64,000 nt of DNA, taken from the IMG/VR virus record IMGVR_UViG_3300025099_003636, positions 1 through 64,000 of that record, one strand, 5' to 3'. Below are positions 1 to 9,954 of the stretch, piece by piece. Each line of letters starts with the position of its first letter. The stretch's first letter is position 1. The DNA is from a virus. Position numbers and translations under genes: made by a program. Below the pieces are notes generated by a model, which worked only from the letters and a program-made list of their open reading frames with translations, did no database searches and was not told where the DNA came from.

Positions 1-266
1 AAATTAGTGAATTAGACTTTGATGTTGCTTTATTAGGTTGTGGTGGTTATGGAATGCCTTTAATGTCTCACATAAAAAATACGTTAAATAAATCCGCTAT
101 ATATGTAGGGGGTGGTTTACAAATATTATTTGGGGTTAAAGGACGGAGATGGGATGCTCACCCAGAAATAAGTAGTTTTTACAATGAACATTGGGTTAGG
201 CCTAATGATAATGAAAAACCAAAAGGGATGTCTCTTATGAATAACGAGCCTTCCACTTATTGGTAA
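1..266 (+). CDS. Glycosyltransferase-associated protein (GT-D-like), 5' truncated by window
   Basis: Frame is open from the window edge (ISELDFDVALLGCGGYGMPL...AIYVGGGLQILFG..RW), a motif typical of proteins in polysaccharide loci. Confidence 0.55.
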   Translation, partial: ISELDFDVALLGCGGYGMPLMSHIKNTLNKSAIYVGGGLQILFGVKGRRWDAHPEISSFYNEHWVRPNDNEKPKGMSLMNNEPSTYW

Positions 267-283
267 ATAATTTAATAGTTTTT

Positions 284-1096
284 ATGATACCAGTAATTTT
301 AATACATAAAGGATACCAAGACTATCTTGGTTGTGCGATTAATCAAGCACTTAAAAATAATCCGGTACATCTAATAGGTGATACTATCCCACCTATAACA
401 CACGAAAACTTTAAGTTTGAAAACTTAAATGAGTATTGTTTAGAATGCGATGAATTTAGGTCTATTTACGAACATTTAAATACCACTCCTGTTGAGTATG
501 AGATTTTTTGTTATCAAAGATGGTTTATATTAAAAAATTACATGGAAAAACAAAATTTAGATAAAATATTTTATATTGACTCTGACGTTTTGCTTTTTGT
601 AAATATAACAGAAGAGTGGAAACATTTTGACCAATATATTTTAACTTTAGCACATAGAAGTGCTGGGACAAATTCATTTATCACACTAGAAGGGGTTACT
701 AGTTTTTGTAATTTTTTAATGGACACTTATAAAAATAAAAACTCTTATAATTACAAAAAAATTGCTTCACACTATAATATAAGAAGGGAATTTGGTTTAC
801 CTGGTGGTGTGTGTGATATGACATTTCTAGAATTTTTCCATTATTGTGCTGATTGTGGTGGTGGACCTGGTAGGGTAGGTGAAATGATGCAAATAGTTAA
901 TGGTTCAACCTACGACCATAATATTAATACTCCTGACCAAGGATTTTCTTTTAAAAATGGGAAAAAAGATTTTATATTAAAAGAGGGTATTCCTTATATT
1001 TTTAATAATACTTTAAATAAAGAAATAAAATTTAACTCATTACACTTCCAAGGAGGAGCCAAAAATTTAATAAGAAGTGTGTATGATAGATGTTAA
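284..1096 (+). CDS. Putative GT-A fold glycosyltransferase
   Basis: CYQRWFIL and FYIDSDVLL (DxD) motifs; ATG at 284 preferred over the 260 start. Confidence 0.6.
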   Translation: MIPVILIHKGYQDYLGCAINQALKNNPVHLIGDTIPPITHENFKFENLNEYCLECDEFRSIYEHLNTTPVEYEIFCYQRWFILKNYMEKQNLDKIFYIDSDVLLFVNITEEWKHFDQYILTLAHRSAGTNSFITLEGVTSFCNFLMDTYKNKNSYNYKKIASHYNIRREFGLPGGVCDMTFLEFFHYCADCGGGPGRVGEMMQIVNGSTYDHNINTPDQGFSFKNGKKDFILKEGIPYIFNNTLNKEIKFNSLHFQGGAKNLIRSVYDRC

Positions 1097-1682
1097 CGAA
1101 TCTTGGAAAAATGAAGTTGTTTTTAAAAAACAATTAGAGTTAAACTTAAAAGAATTATCTTCTAAATCTAGTTATCCTAGTCATTGGATTGATTTTATTA
1201 ATTTAATAAATCTTTTTAATCCAAAATCTGTTTTGGATGTGGGTTGTGGTTGTGGTGCTATATATGAATTATGTAGAAAAGAACTACCTGACTTATCTTA
1301 TTTTGGTATAGACTACGCTCCTGAAGCAATAAATGTAGCCAAAGAAAAATGGGGAGACTCTTACTTTGATGTGCTTGATTACAAACAATTAACTAATTCT
1401 TATCTATCTAATTTTGACCTTATACATATGGGAGCTTTACTTGATGTGTTGGATAATGGTGATGAGGCATTGGAGTATATTTTATCTTTATCACCTAAAA
1501 ATATATTAGTAGGTAGGATGAAAATAACAAATGAAGAGAGTTATTACACAACTTATAAAGCTTATGATGAAATAACTACCTGTGCCTATTACCATAGTAA
1601 AAATAATTTCTTACATTTATGTGAAAAGTATGATTATGGTATACATAACATAAATGATAATTTTTATTTAGTAAAAAAATGA
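1083..1682 (+). CDS. Class I SAM-dependent methyltransferase
   Basis: VLDVGCGCG motif I and GIDY motif II. Confidence 0.85.
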   Translation: MIDVNESWKNEVVFKKQLELNLKELSSKSSYPSHWIDFINLINLFNPKSVLDVGCGCGAIYELCRKELPDLSYFGIDYAPEAINVAKEKWGDSYFDVLDYKQLTNSYLSNFDLIHMGALLDVLDNGDEALEYILSLSPKNILVGRMKITNEESYYTTYKAYDEITTCAYYHSKNNFLHLCEKYDYGIHNINDNFYLVKK

Positions 1683-2338
1683 GTGACATAAAACAATTAA
1701 GTGAGTCTTTAGTACAACCTATATTAACTATAGGTAGAAAAGTTGCTATAGTGGGTTCCAGTGCAGTATTGTTAAAAAAAGAATACGGTGATATAATAGA
1801 TAGTTATGATACTGTAATTAGATTTAATAGAGCTCCTGTTGTTGGTTACGAAAACTTTGTTGGTTCTAAAACTGATATAAGGGTGGTTAACGCTCACGTA
1901 TTTACTAACACTTCTTGTGAGGGTGATGAAAGATTTAAAACAGCAAAACTAACACAACCTAAGAATTTTATTAAAGAATTAGAAAATACCACTATATTAC
2001 ACGTAGGTACTGCTGGGGCAGGTTCTGTTGACCCAGATGAAATGGGTTGGTCCGATAGGTCTACCCACATTCACCCAACATCAAAAGCTTTTATTATGAA
2101 TTACAATGGAATTCCGATTAGTGACCTAGGTAAGGCTCCTACGGTAGGTATTAAAACAATTAAATTAATGATACTAAATAATTTAACCCCCCACTTATTT
2201 GGTTTTGGCTTAGACGAGTCTGGTGTATCTCACTACTGGGAGGATAGGGACCCAGTTAGTCAGTGTCATGCTTATAGTGATGAAAGAAATAAATTAAAAC
2301 AGTGGGAAAAACAAGTACAAATTAAAATCTTTAGATAA
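1679..2338 (+). CDS. GT29 (sialyltransferase-like) glycosyltransferase
   Basis: Sialylmotif L-like VAIVGSS..L....G..IDSYDTVIRFNRAP..GY...VGSKT; motif S-like PTVG...LFGF; HYWE (motif III); H....E (VS). Confidence 0.8.
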   Translation: MSDIKQLSESLVQPILTIGRKVAIVGSSAVLLKKEYGDIIDSYDTVIRFNRAPVVGYENFVGSKTDIRVVNAHVFTNTSCEGDERFKTAKLTQPKNFIKELENTTILHVGTAGAGSVDPDEMGWSDRSTHIHPTSKAFIMNYNGIPISDLGKAPTVGIKTIKLMILNNLTPHLFGFGLDESGVSHYWEDRDPVSQCHAYSDERNKLKQWEKQVQIKIFR

Positions 2339-2649
2339 TGAAAATTTTTATAGATATAGACAATACTATAGCTTACGAAACTGAAGACTTAGACTATTCC
2401 AAAGCTAAACCTATAATGGCTAACATAGAGAGGGCTAATAAATTATATGACGAAGGAAATTATATTGTTTATTGGACGGCAAGAGGAGCTGAAAGTGGTA
2501 TAGATTGGAGAGAAGTAACACAATTACAATTAAATTCGTGGGGTGTTAAACATCACGAATTAAGATTAGATAAACCGTCATTTGATGTTTTTATCGATGA
2601 CAAAAATTTAAATAGTAGAGAATGGGAACAAGAAAAATGGATAGTGTAG
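2338..2649 (+). CDS. Small HAD-superfamily phosphatase (capsule-locus type)
   Basis: DIDNT motif I, WTARG motif II, KP..D.FIDDK motifs III/IV. Confidence 0.85.
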   Translation: MKIFIDIDNTIAYETEDLDYSKAKPIMANIERANKLYDEGNYIVYWTARGAESGIDWREVTQLQLNSWGVKHHELRLDKPSFDVFIDDKNLNSREWEQEKWIV

Positions 2650-3554
2650 TTATGCCACCGGTATTTCCAATACCACCGGCTTATGATAAAGATGGTAATT
2701 TAGATTTAAATGCTATAAGAAAATATATTAAATATCTAGAAAAAAATGGAGTAGAGGTTATTATGACTACAGCTGGTACTTCACAATTTAATTTATTAAC
2801 ACTAAATGATATAATTTTATTAAATAAAGTTTGTGCTGAATTTAATGGAAAATCAATATTAGGTATTCCAGCTTTATCAAAAGATGAAGCTTATGAATTT
2901 ATAATAGAAATGAATAAATTAGAACTTAAAAATAGTTCTTTAATGTTGTTATACCCAGATAGATATTATGATGATGAATCTATAGTTGATTATTTTAATT
3001 TTTTAGCTGATGTATCAAATTATACCTGTTTTATTCATGGTATGTTTATGAGAAAAGGTACTGGTGGAACTTATAACTTCACGGCTGAATTAATAAATAA
3101 AATCTCACAACATAGTAATATAGTTGGTATGAAAGAAGAGACTAACGACTTTGGTTTGGCTTACAATACTTGTAAAGATATTAACAAGAATGATTTTATT
3201 GTTATTGTGGCTGGAGGAAGTATGAAAAGATTCTTATCTTTACATTCAACAGGTGTACAAACTTTTTTAACTGGGATAGGTAATATACTACCTGAGGTAG
3301 ATATAGAGTTCCATAATAAGTTAACAAATGGTGATTTATATGAAGCATACAAAATTGTAAATGAGTTTGAGAATTTATTCTTTGATGTTTTTATGAAGTA
3401 TGGTTGGCATTTAAGTTTAAGGGAAGGTCTTTATTGTGAAAATCACTATGAACCAAATACTAAGCATCCTTTTCCAAGAGCAACTAAAGAAGTTGTAAAA
3501 GATATAAAAAAGATAATAGAAGAAATGAAATTAAAATTAAGTAATAATGAGTAA
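2637..3554 (+). CDS. DHDPS/N-acetylneuraminate lyase family aldolase
   Basis: TIM-barrel class I aldolase pattern: PAYDKDGNLD, TTAGTSQF, NIVGMKEE (Schiff-base Lys). Confidence 0.75.
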   Translation: MDSVVMPPVFPIPPAYDKDGNLDLNAIRKYIKYLEKNGVEVIMTTAGTSQFNLLTLNDIILLNKVCAEFNGKSILGIPALSKDEAYEFIIEMNKLELKNSSLMLLYPDRYYDDESIVDYFNFLADVSNYTCFIHGMFMRKGTGGTYNFTAELINKISQHSNIVGMKEETNDFGLAYNTCKDINKNDFIVIVAGGSMKRFLSLHSTGVQTFLTGIGNILPEVDIEFHNKLTNGDLYEAYKIVNEFENLFFDVFMKYGWHLSLREGLYCENHYEPNTKHPFPRATKEVVKDIKKIIEEMKLKLSNNE

Positions 3555-4296
3555 AACATATATTTTAGGTCCTTGTTCGATAGAAACAGAAGGGTTGTAC
3601 GATGAGATAGGGTCATCATTAGTTCCTGTTATGGAAGGTAAAGACTGGATTTATAAGGCCTCGTTTGATAAGGCTAATAGAAGTTCTATAGATGGTAAGA
3701 GAGGGCCTGGTATAGATGAATCTATTGCGATGTTTAAAAACTTTAAAAAGAAGTACCCTAATATTAGGTTAACTACCGACGTTCACGAGGTATGGCAAGT
3801 AGAACGTCTATCGGAAGTGATAGACATTATTCAAATACCAGCATTTTTGTGTAGGCAAACAGATTTAGTAGTTGAGTGTGCTAAATACTTTCCTGTGGTT
3901 AATATTAAAAAGGGTCAATGGATGAGTCCTCAAAATATGTCCAAAGGGGTGGATAAAATAAAAAACGTCAATCCTGATTGTGAAGCTTGGGTAACTGAAA
4001 GAGGCACACAATTTGGTTATGGCCAATTAATTGTAGACTTTGCTGCTGTTGATATACTAAACAAGGTGTACGATAAAGTAATCTTGGATTGTACTCATTC
4101 TACACAAAGACTTAAACCAAATGGAAGAACTGGGGGTAGTGGAGAAATGGCTGTTAAGTATTTTAAAGTGGCAGACACTTTTGGGTATGATGGAGTTTTT
4201 GCTGAATGTCATCCAAACCCACCTATGGCATATTCAGATGCTGATTGTCAAATACAGTTAGATGACATGATAAATTTATTAAAAGAAGAAAAATGA
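3547..4296 (+). CDS. kdsA: KDO-8-phosphate synthase (metal-dependent type)
   Basis: GPCSIE, KASFDKANRSS, QIPAFLCRQTDL, NIKKGQ, DCTHS, ECHP, SD motifs. Confidence 0.92.
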   Translation: MSKTYILGPCSIETEGLYDEIGSSLVPVMEGKDWIYKASFDKANRSSIDGKRGPGIDESIAMFKNFKKKYPNIRLTTDVHEVWQVERLSEVIDIIQIPAFLCRQTDLVVECAKYFPVVNIKKGQWMSPQNMSKGVDKIKNVNPDCEAWVTERGTQFGYGQLIVDFAAVDILNKVYDKVILDCTHSTQRLKPNGRTGGSGEMAVKYFKVADTFGYDGVFAECHPNPPMAYSDADCQIQLDDMINLLKEEK

Positions 4297-5000
4297 ATAT
4301 AAAATATGATTTTGATTTTGCGAACATACGTAAAACACTAGACATTGTTAACACTGTTAAAGAATATGGTATTTGTAGAGTACCTAATTATTTAAATGAT
4401 GATACAGTGTCAAAATTAAAAAATGAGGCTTTAGAATTAGTTACAAATGAACCTAGTGATGATTATGAGTTTGGTAAGGCTACTAGGTTACAAAGATTAT
4501 TTCATGACCAAAACGGTAGTCTAATTCCAAATCCAAATTTAAAACCAACAATAGGTGAGGTTTTTTCTAATGTAGAAATGTCTAAAATATCTGAATTATA
4601 TATGGGTAACCACACACTAAATTCCGATATTTTTATAACTCATGACTATAAACATGATAATGGTTTAGCTAGAAATGGTTTTTTGCATTTTGATAGAATT
4701 TATACGTTTAAGTTTTTTATATACTTAACTGATGTAAATGAAAATTGTGGTCCTTTTTCTGTAGTACCTAAAAGTCATATTAAAGGTAAAGAATTAAGAT
4801 TGCAAACTAGGGGTGAATATGAAGAACTTAAAAATAGAATTTTATTAGATTATCCTGACTTAGGCTATACCTCAGATGAGGTAGTACAAGTATTAGGTAA
4901 TGCAGGTGATTTAATAATTTTTGACACTGATTTATTCCATTTAGGTGGTGTGGTAAAAGAAAATAATGAAAGATTAATAATTAGAGGACATACAAGATGA
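4293..5000 (+). CDS. PhyH-like Fe(II)/2-oxoglutarate dioxygenase
   Basis: LHFD (HxD), FIYLTDV..NCGP..VVPKSH, GDLIIFDTDLFH.G, R. Confidence 0.85.
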   Translation: MNIKYDFDFANIRKTLDIVNTVKEYGICRVPNYLNDDTVSKLKNEALELVTNEPSDDYEFGKATRLQRLFHDQNGSLIPNPNLKPTIGEVFSNVEMSKISELYMGNHTLNSDIFITHDYKHDNGLARNGFLHFDRIYTFKFFIYLTDVNENCGPFSVVPKSHIKGKELRLQTRGEYEELKNRILLDYPDLGYTSDEVVQVLGNAGDLIIFDTDLFHLGGVVKENNERLIIRGHTR

Positions 5001-5713
5001 AAAATAAAATAAAAAAATTATGTATTATACCAGCTAGAGGTGGGTCAAAAAGACTTCTAGGAAAAAATGTAAAAGTACTGGGGGATAAACCATTAATATA
5101 TCACACTATAGACACAGCATTAGGTTTATTTGATAAGGTTATTGTAACTTCAGATTCAGAAAATATTTTACAAGTGGTTAAAAATGGGTATAAAAACTAT
5201 AGTTATGAAAATAATACTATATTAGAAATATCTAAAAGACCTAATGAATTAGCAACAGACACATCAAAGGTTATTGATACTGTTGTTTACTATCAACAAC
5301 AAAATAAAGATTTTGAACAGGTTTGGTTATTTTTACCTACCTGCCCTTTAAGAAATAAAAAGGACGTTATAAACGCTCAGAATTTATTATCAAATGATGT
5401 CGATTCTGTAATATCAATAACAGATTATGATTTCCCACCTAGTTTAGGTTTATTAAAAGGAACTCAAGGTTACTTAGTAGCTTATGACCATTCAGACCCT
5501 TGGAGAAGTGGTAATTCTAGAAGTCAGGACCACCCTATTGTTAATAGACCTAATGGTGCTATATATGGTAGTTGGGTGAGTTCTTTTGAGGTGAATAAGA
5601 ATTTCTATAAGGGTAAGGTTTTAGGTTCTTATATGGAAAGGGAACGTTCCATAGACATAGACACGGAATTAGATTTTCAGTTAGCTGAATTAATTTATAA
5701 AAATAATAAATAA
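4997..5713 (+). CDS. neuA: CMP-ulosonic acid synthetase (NeuA/KdsB-type cytidylyltransferase)
   Basis: IIPARGGSKRLLGKN, PTCPLR, NGAIY, SIDIDTELD motifs. Confidence 0.88.
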   Translation: MKNKIKKLCIIPARGGSKRLLGKNVKVLGDKPLIYHTIDTALGLFDKVIVTSDSENILQVVKNGYKNYSYENNTILEISKRPNELATDTSKVIDTVVYYQQQNKDFEQVWLFLPTCPLRNKKDVINAQNLLSNDVDSVISITDYDFPPSLGLLKGTQGYLVAYDHSDPWRSGNSRSQDHPIVNRPNGAIYGSWVSSFEVNKNFYKGKVLGSYMERERSIDIDTELDFQLAELIYKNNK

Positions 5714-6897
5714 TGTTAAAGAAATTTTTAGATTTAGGTAGACAACCTATAGCAAATGGTTTCTTATACCAGGACCAGATAAAAGATGAGTACTTTTTTA
5801 ATTTAGGTGTTGCTTTTGATGAAGAGACTAAATTAGTTACTCAAACAGAGTATGTGGACCCACCATTAATGTTTAATGATGAATATGTCTATAGAGGTTC
5901 AATGTCTCAAACAATGAGGGAACATTTTGCAGAATTTAGTGACATTTTAGTGGGTGGTGCTTTTGATAGTCCAATACCTAAGATGTTAGAGATTGGTAGT
6001 AATGATGGTGTGTTTCTTAAAAATTGGCCTACTGATTCTACTGTAGCTGTAGAGCCTTGTGGGAACTTTGCTAAAGAGACTACTGATATGGGATACAAAA
6101 CATATAACAAATTTTGGGATGTTAAATTAGCTGAACAAATTATGATGGTTGACGGTAAAAGAGATATAATTTTTGCTGCTAACTGTATTTGTCATATCCC
6201 TGATTTGGATGAGGCCTTTAAAGCTGTAAATTTATTGTTAAATGATAATGGTGTCTTTATCTTTGAGGACCCTTCATTAGCTGAGGTTATAAATAATAAT
6301 TCTTATGACCAAATATATGATGAACATCCTCATGTATTTTCTGTTATAGCTTTAGATAACTTACTTAATAAACAAGGTTTAGAGATAGTGAAAGTAGATA
6401 ATTTGCCTGTTCACGGTGGTTCTAATAGAATATATGCTATGAAAAAAGGTGTAGCTTTAATTGACCAATCTGTAGAAGAAAATAAATCTTATGAAAGAGT
6501 TTTGGGGTTAGACGATTTTCAGACTTTTTTAAGATTTGCTAAAAGAGTTGAACAATCTAAAGAAGATTTGGTTAAATTATTAACTAAATGTAAAGAGCAA
6601 GGTAAAAAAGTAATATCTTATGGTGCTAGTTCTAAGTCTACAACAATTTTTAATTATTGTGGTATAGGACCAGAACTATTAAGTTATATAACTGATACCA
6701 CCCCAGAAAAACAGGGTAAATTATCACCTGGTGTTCACATACCAGTTATATCCCCAGAACAGGGATTTAATGAAACAGTAAATTTTGCTTACCTAGGTGC
6801 GTGGAATTTTATAAAAGAAATAAAAAATAAAGAAAAAGAATTTGTATTAAATGGTGGTAAGTTTATAACTCACGTACCAACAATACAAGTAGTTTAA
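5713..6897 (+). CDS. NDP-keto-sugar C-methyltransferase (NovU/TcaB9-like)
   Basis: LDLGRQPIAN, LEIGSNDG, ANCICHIPD, DQIYDEH, HGGS, YGASSK, KQGKLSPG. Confidence 0.85.
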   Translation: MLKKFLDLGRQPIANGFLYQDQIKDEYFFNLGVAFDEETKLVTQTEYVDPPLMFNDEYVYRGSMSQTMREHFAEFSDILVGGAFDSPIPKMLEIGSNDGVFLKNWPTDSTVAVEPCGNFAKETTDMGYKTYNKFWDVKLAEQIMMVDGKRDIIFAANCICHIPDLDEAFKAVNLLLNDNGVFIFEDPSLAEVINNNSYDQIYDEHPHVFSVIALDNLLNKQGLEIVKVDNLPVHGGSNRIYAMKKGVALIDQSVEENKSYERVLGLDDFQTFLRFAKRVEQSKEDLVKLLTKCKEQGKKVISYGASSKSTTIFNYCGIGPELLSYITDTTPEKQGKLSPGVHIPVISPEQGFNETVNFAYLGAWNFIKEIKNKEKEFVLNGGKFITHVPTIQVV

Positions 6898-6913
6898 TAA
6901 ATAAAATTTAAAT

Positions 6914-7321
6914 ATGGATTATTCATTTAAAAATATACAATATCATGAAGATGATAGAGCTCAAAGATACTTAAATGTTTTTGAGGAGTTAGGTCCTGGA
7001 CAACTTAATGTTTCTTATGTTAACTCTACAGAACATATAGTAGCTTGGCATAAACACAATATACAAACGGATTACTGGGTATGTGTTAAAGGTTCATTCA
7101 AGGTTGGTTTGGCCACTGAAGATGAGGGCACTGAATTTGTCTACCTATCTGATAGAAACCCACAAGTATTAAAGATACCACCTGGCATATATCATGGTTA
7201 TAAAGCTATAGAACCTGGTTCAATATTAATGTACTACTTAACTGAAAAATATAACCCAAAAGATGAGTTTAGAGCTAAGGTTGGTGATTTTGGGGATATT
7301 TGGGAGGCTGAAAATAAATAA
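6914..7321 (+). CDS. RmlC-like cupin (dTDP-4-keto-sugar 3,5-epimerase family)
   Basis: AWHKH..QTDYW, IPPGIYHGY motifs. Confidence 0.75.
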   Translation: MDYSFKNIQYHEDDRAQRYLNVFEELGPGQLNVSYVNSTEHIVAWHKHNIQTDYWVCVKGSFKVGLATEDEGTEFVYLSDRNPQVLKIPPGIYHGYKAIEPGSILMYYLTEKYNPKDEFRAKVGDFGDIWEAENK

Positions 7322-7324
7322 CTT

Positions 7325-7741
7325 ATGAAGACAGTCGCTGACGATGTAATTTCTATAAACCTTAGGTCCTTTAATGAGGACAAAGGTAGTTTAATACCAA
7401 TAGAATCTGGTATTGATTGTTTAATTGATATAGAAAGAATTTTTTATGTGTACAAGGTACCTAAAGGTGAAATTAGAGGTAAGCACGCTCATATAGAAAC
7501 AGTACAAGTTTTAATTTGTTTAAAAGGTGTATGTGAAGTAACTTGTGATGATGGAAAAGATAGGAGAACTTTCACACTTGATGACCCATCAAAAGCCTTG
7601 TACTTACCGAAAGGAATATGGGGAGAACAAAAATACGTTACTGACGACACTCTTTTAATGGTGATGTGTAATACAAAATATGACTATGAAGATTATATTT
7701 TTAACTATGATAAATTTTTAAAATTTAGGGACGTTGAGTAA
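7325..7741 (+). CDS. FdtA/QdtA sugar 3,4-ketoisomerase cupin
   Basis: GSLIPIE, RIFYVY, RGKHAH motifs. Confidence 0.85.
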   Translation: MKTVADDVISINLRSFNEDKGSLIPIESGIDCLIDIERIFYVYKVPKGEIRGKHAHIETVQVLICLKGVCEVTCDDGKDRRTFTLDDPSKALYLPKGIWGEQKYVTDDTLLMVMCNTKYDYEDYIFNYDKFLKFRDVE

Positions 7742-8639
7742 GAGTGTGTTAATAACTGGTGGTCTAGGCCATATAGGTTCTAAACTTATAAAAGAGTTAC
7801 CTTTAGAATACGACCTTATTGTGGTAGATAATTTACTAACCCAGAGATTTTGTTCTTTGTTTGACATCGGTAGACCTATTAAATTTATGGATAAGTGTAT
7901 AAGTGATTTGACCTTTGATGACTTAGATTCGGTGGACATTGTTATTCACTTAGCTGCTATAACTGATGCTGCTAATAGTTTTAATAACGTTAAACAAACG
8001 GAAAACATTAATTTCACTCTAACAAGCACTTTTATTGATTTGTGTGATGAAGCTAAATGTAAATTTATTTTCCCATCATCTACAAGTGTTTATGGTGCAG
8101 CTGTAGATGTTGTTCATGAAGATAATGATGATTTTCTTAACCCTCAAAGTCCTTATGCTACAACGAAAATAGGCATAGAAAAAAAATTAAAAAAATATAA
8201 AAATAATTACCTAATATTAAGATTTGGTACTATATTTGGGCTAAGTGTTGGTATGCGATTTCACACAGCAATAAATAGATTCTGTTACGATGCCTCTTTG
8301 GGTAAACCGTTAAAAGTGTGGAAAGAAAATTATAATCAATATAGACCTTATTTAGGGTTAAATGATGCGATAAATAGTATTTTATTTTTTATTGAGGATG
8401 ACCATTGGAACGCAACATACAATATTTTAAGTGGGAATTATATGTTATCTGACATTGTCGATAATATAAGTTCTTTAGTGGACATTGACATTTCTATGGT
8501 CACTACACCACTTTTAAATCAATTTTCTTATGAGGTAAGTGATGATAAAATAAGGTCTTTAGGTTGGAAACCTAAGGATGACTTGGTGTTTGAAATAACT
8601 AATACATTAAAACAATTTAAAGATTTATATAATGAATAG
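7734..8639 (+). CDS. NAD-dependent epimerase/dehydratase (SDR)
   Basis: ITGGLGHIG, HLAA, SSTSVYG, YATTK. Confidence 0.88.
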   Translation: MSKSVLITGGLGHIGSKLIKELPLEYDLIVVDNLLTQRFCSLFDIGRPIKFMDKCISDLTFDDLDSVDIVIHLAAITDAANSFNNVKQTENINFTLTSTFIDLCDEAKCKFIFPSSTSVYGAAVDVVHEDNDDFLNPQSPYATTKIGIEKKLKKYKNNYLILRFGTIFGLSVGMRFHTAINRFCYDASLGKPLKVWKENYNQYRPYLGLNDAINSILFFIEDDHWNATYNILSGNYMLSDIVDNISSLVDIDISMVTTPLLNQFSYEVSDDKIRSLGWKPKDDLVFEITNTLKQFKDLYNE

Positions 8640-9348
8640 AAGAATATTGATATCTGGTGGGGAAGGTAATTTAAATAAACAATTACGTAATTATAATCAA
8701 ACTGATATACTCCATATACCAACCCAATTAGAAATGGATATAACCAAAATAGATGAGGTTGAGCGAGTTATAAAAGAGTTTTCACCAACTCATATTATCC
8801 ATACAGCTGCTATAACAAGACCTATGTCAATACATGAACAAAATCCAACTATAAGCATACAAACTAATATAGTGGGTACCGCTAATATAGCTTTAATGTG
8901 TTTAAAATATAAAATTAAGTTAATTTACACTTCTACTGATTATGTTTATAATGGTGTTAAAGGTGATTATAAAGAAACTGATGGTGTTAACCCATTTACT
9001 AGTTATGGGTGGTCTAAGTTGGGTGGTGAGTGTTCTGTTAAAATGTGTCCAAATCATTTAATACTTAGATTGGCTATGTGTGAAAGACCCTTTCCACACC
9101 CAAAAGCTTTAGTAGATATGGTTAAAAGTCCTATATATGTAGACCAAGTAGCTAATATAATATTAAAACTTATTGATGAAGTAGGTGTGATAAATATAGG
9201 GGGTAAAGCTCAATCAGTTTTTGATTTTGTTAAAAAAGATAACCCTAATATAGATAAAATAACATTGAGCGAAATCGGTGATGTCAGTATGGCCACAAAT
9301 TGTTCAATGAATATAGATAAATTAAAAACTTTGATGACTAATGATTAA
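8632..9348 (+). CDS. RmlD-like NDP-4-keto-sugar reductase
   Basis: SGGEGNL, HTAA, STDYVY, YGWSKLGGE. Confidence 0.82.
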   Translation: MNRRILISGGEGNLNKQLRNYNQTDILHIPTQLEMDITKIDEVERVIKEFSPTHIIHTAAITRPMSIHEQNPTISIQTNIVGTANIALMCLKYKIKLIYTSTDYVYNGVKGDYKETDGVNPFTSYGWSKLGGECSVKMCPNHLILRLAMCERPFPHPKALVDMVKSPIYVDQVANIILKLIDEVGVINIGGKAQSVFDFVKKDNPNIDKITLSEIGDVSMATNCSMNIDKLKTLMTND

Positions 9349-9952
9349 AATTAATTTAGGTTGTGGTAATAATCCTTTAAAAGATTATATAAATGTGGAT
9401 ATGGACACCATAGAAGATTTAAGAGAAAGGTATCCAGATAAAGAGTTTCCTGACACTACTATTATAAAAAACTGGGACATTTTTAATTTACCTGTTCCAG
9501 ATAATTCTGTGGATGAAGTTAGAGCTGATTGTTTATTTGAACATTTGACGTTTAAAGAAGAGAAGAGGGCTTTTCATGAAGTTAAAAGAGTTTTAAAACC
9601 TGGGGGTACATTTAACTTATCTGTACCGGATTTAGAGCACATAATCAAATCTTGGTTAGAGGCTGAAGATGACTGGAAGGATTGGTATAGGGATGATGAT
9701 GAAGCTATATCACAAAAACACTGGTTTGGAACTTATGAGTATTCCTATAAAAATAGGTGGGGTTATGCTATGGCTGTATTATACGGTAGTCAAAATGGTG
9801 ATGGTCAACATCATAAAAATGGGTATACTATTGGTAAATTAAAGAATATCGCTAAGGTTATGTCTTTTGATGTTGTTTCTTATGAAATATATCCGTGGCA
9901 TAATGATAATGGTGTGTCAAAAATAATAAGATTTATAAGTAAAAAACAATAG
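9341..9952 (+). CDS. SAM-dependent methyltransferase
   Basis: INLGCG, INVD, FEHL, RVLKPGG...VPD. Confidence 0.85.
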   Translation: MIKINLGCGNNPLKDYINVDMDTIEDLRERYPDKEFPDTTIIKNWDIFNLPVPDNSVDEVRADCLFEHLTFKEEKRAFHEVKRVLKPGGTFNLSVPDLEHIIKSWLEAEDDWKDWYRDDDEAISQKHWFGTYEYSYKNRWGYAMAVLYGSQNGDGQHHKNGYTIGKLKNIAKVMSFDVVSYEIYPWHNDNGVSKIIRFISKKQ

Positions 9953-9954
9953 AT

